From positions 1 to 37,299 of the forward strand of contig FLMG01002834.1 in the NCBI GenBank assembly GCA_900088475.1: DNA of 37,299 nt, given 5' to 3'. This stretch comes from Hyphochytrium catenoides (Eukaryota > Protista > Hyphochytriomycota). The notes beneath the pieces were generated by a model that was not told where the DNA came from, did not search any database, and saw only the letters and a program-made list of their open reading frames with translations. The translations under genes were made by a program, and so were the position numbers. Positions within the stretch are counted from its first letter, which is position 1. Every line of letters starts with the position of its first letter. Of this stretch, positions 36,018-37,299 are shown piece after piece.

Positions 36018-36627
36018 AGCCTCGTATGGTCAAGCCGATTATTCTGGTTCCCAGGCCACACTCTCTCTCTTTTCGGACGAAAAAATAATGCTCGCATTGC
36101 CTCCATGCGGGTCCCACTTCTTCTGGCGTCACTGCGGATCCCTGTGCTTCGACCAGACGAAGCAGCGGGTACCTCAACTACTGATAACTGCGCTTTCTCA
36201 TTGGACGAAGTAAATAAACGAGGCCACCTGGTGCTGTCCACGTTCATCCCAGATCCCTTGAAGACGATCGCAATATCTTTTTGAGCAGCCAATAGAGTAT
36301 GGGCCAATAGATGGCGGGGGGTCCACAAAGTGACAGGACACGCACAGAGAGAGGGAGAGTGGTGGACAAGGAAGACTTGACCAACTAGAAGAGAAATATT
36401 AGCGTGCCACGCTGCCCACAAGAGACTTATCTCAGGGAGAGTTGAGCGATATAGCAGCTCTCGTAAGGGAAGAAATAGAGAAGCCCAGCCAAATGCTATC
36501 TGTCTGCCCTTCTCTGCTCCAGCAGAGAGGCAATATACAATTATACGGGAATTCTAAGGTGGTAGCTTATGCTCCTGAAGGGGACGTAGGTGCATCATAG
36601 ATAGCGTGCTTTGTGGCGTTCTCCTCT

Positions 36628-36681
<54 letters not shown>

Positions 36682-37236
36682 TTCTCTTCTCATGTCTGTT
36701 CTATCAGCTATAACACGACCACCCCACGTTCCCTAATACTTAGTGGCAAAGGGGGCCCTTTCGCTAAGGTCACGCTTGATACGACTGGGCTCTCGGTGAA
36801 TGACTGAGGTCTCTGGAAGTGAGAAAGACAGAGATTATGTGCGATAGAGGGTGTGAGCAAGTGATATACATGGCAAAAAGGTGAAAAGAGGACATAGCAG
36901 AAGTGTGACAGATAGACATAAGAGAGAGAGGACTTCCACCTTCTTCAGCCACTCTTCAAAAGCTCGTGTCTTCGGAGTGTAGGATGGTCTTGCGGCTGGA
37001 GCAGGAGATAATAGTGTCTTCACTGTCTGCAAATTGTCAGTGACGGTTGGCTTCTCAGCTAGCTTCTGCTGCTCCTTTCTCTCCTGAGGAGCGACTCTGG
37101 CCGGCACACTCACCCGCAAGTCAGCTCCTCGTGGCAAACTTAACTCTCTGTGATGGAGTTGAGCACAGGCAAAATGGAGAGGACCAGGCGGAATAAGTAA
37201 CAGTGGTTGGTGAAGCCGTTCAAGGACGGAGGCCAT
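36014..37236 (-). CDS. Possible hypothetical protein; exon structure and 5' end unresolved, may extend beyond the window
   Basis: Two coding-like minus-strand ORFs (36835-37236 and 36014-36421) separated by intron-like CT/AG tracts. No recognised domain. Confidence 0.3.
36631..36672. repeat. (CT)n microsatellite
   Basis: About 20 uninterrupted TC units. Confidence 0.92.
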
Positions 37237-37299
37237 AGCTCCTAGAAAGTGCTGTCTACCTTAGAAGCCTGTCATAATCCACGCGATAGCCATTCATCT

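Overview
Compact, intron-containing nuclear DNA from a eukaryote, probably a flagellated protist (SF-assemblin-like, CDK20 and ARL2BP genes are present). Most ORF-track entries are artefacts of CT/AG-rich introns, so gene models were rebuilt by hand from splice sites. Left to right: a 16-exon TPS/TPP fusion with degenerate catalytic motifs and a C-terminal membrane anchor (+); a possible spliced hypothetical gene (-); a PH-domain protein (+); an SF-assemblin/beta-giardin-like protein (-); CDK20/CCRK (+); MICU (-); ARL2BP/BART (+); proteasome alpha-1 PSMA6 (-); a 111-aa orphan (+); a prokaryote-like MFS transporter (-); an ABC1/ADCK kinase (+); an SCaMC-like SLC25 carrier (+); a Cdc25-like/ACR2 rhodanese (-); a PPR protein built from strictly alternating 36-aa A/B repeats (+); and a partial hypothetical gene (-). 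The strongest signals are a textbook AT-AC minor-spliceosome (U12) intron plus a second U12-like intron in MICU, the 72-aa dyad PPR array, and the tail-anchored pseudo-enzyme-like TPS. No tRNA, rRNA, CRISPR array or transposase was seen. All calls come from reading motifs by eye; no database searches were run.
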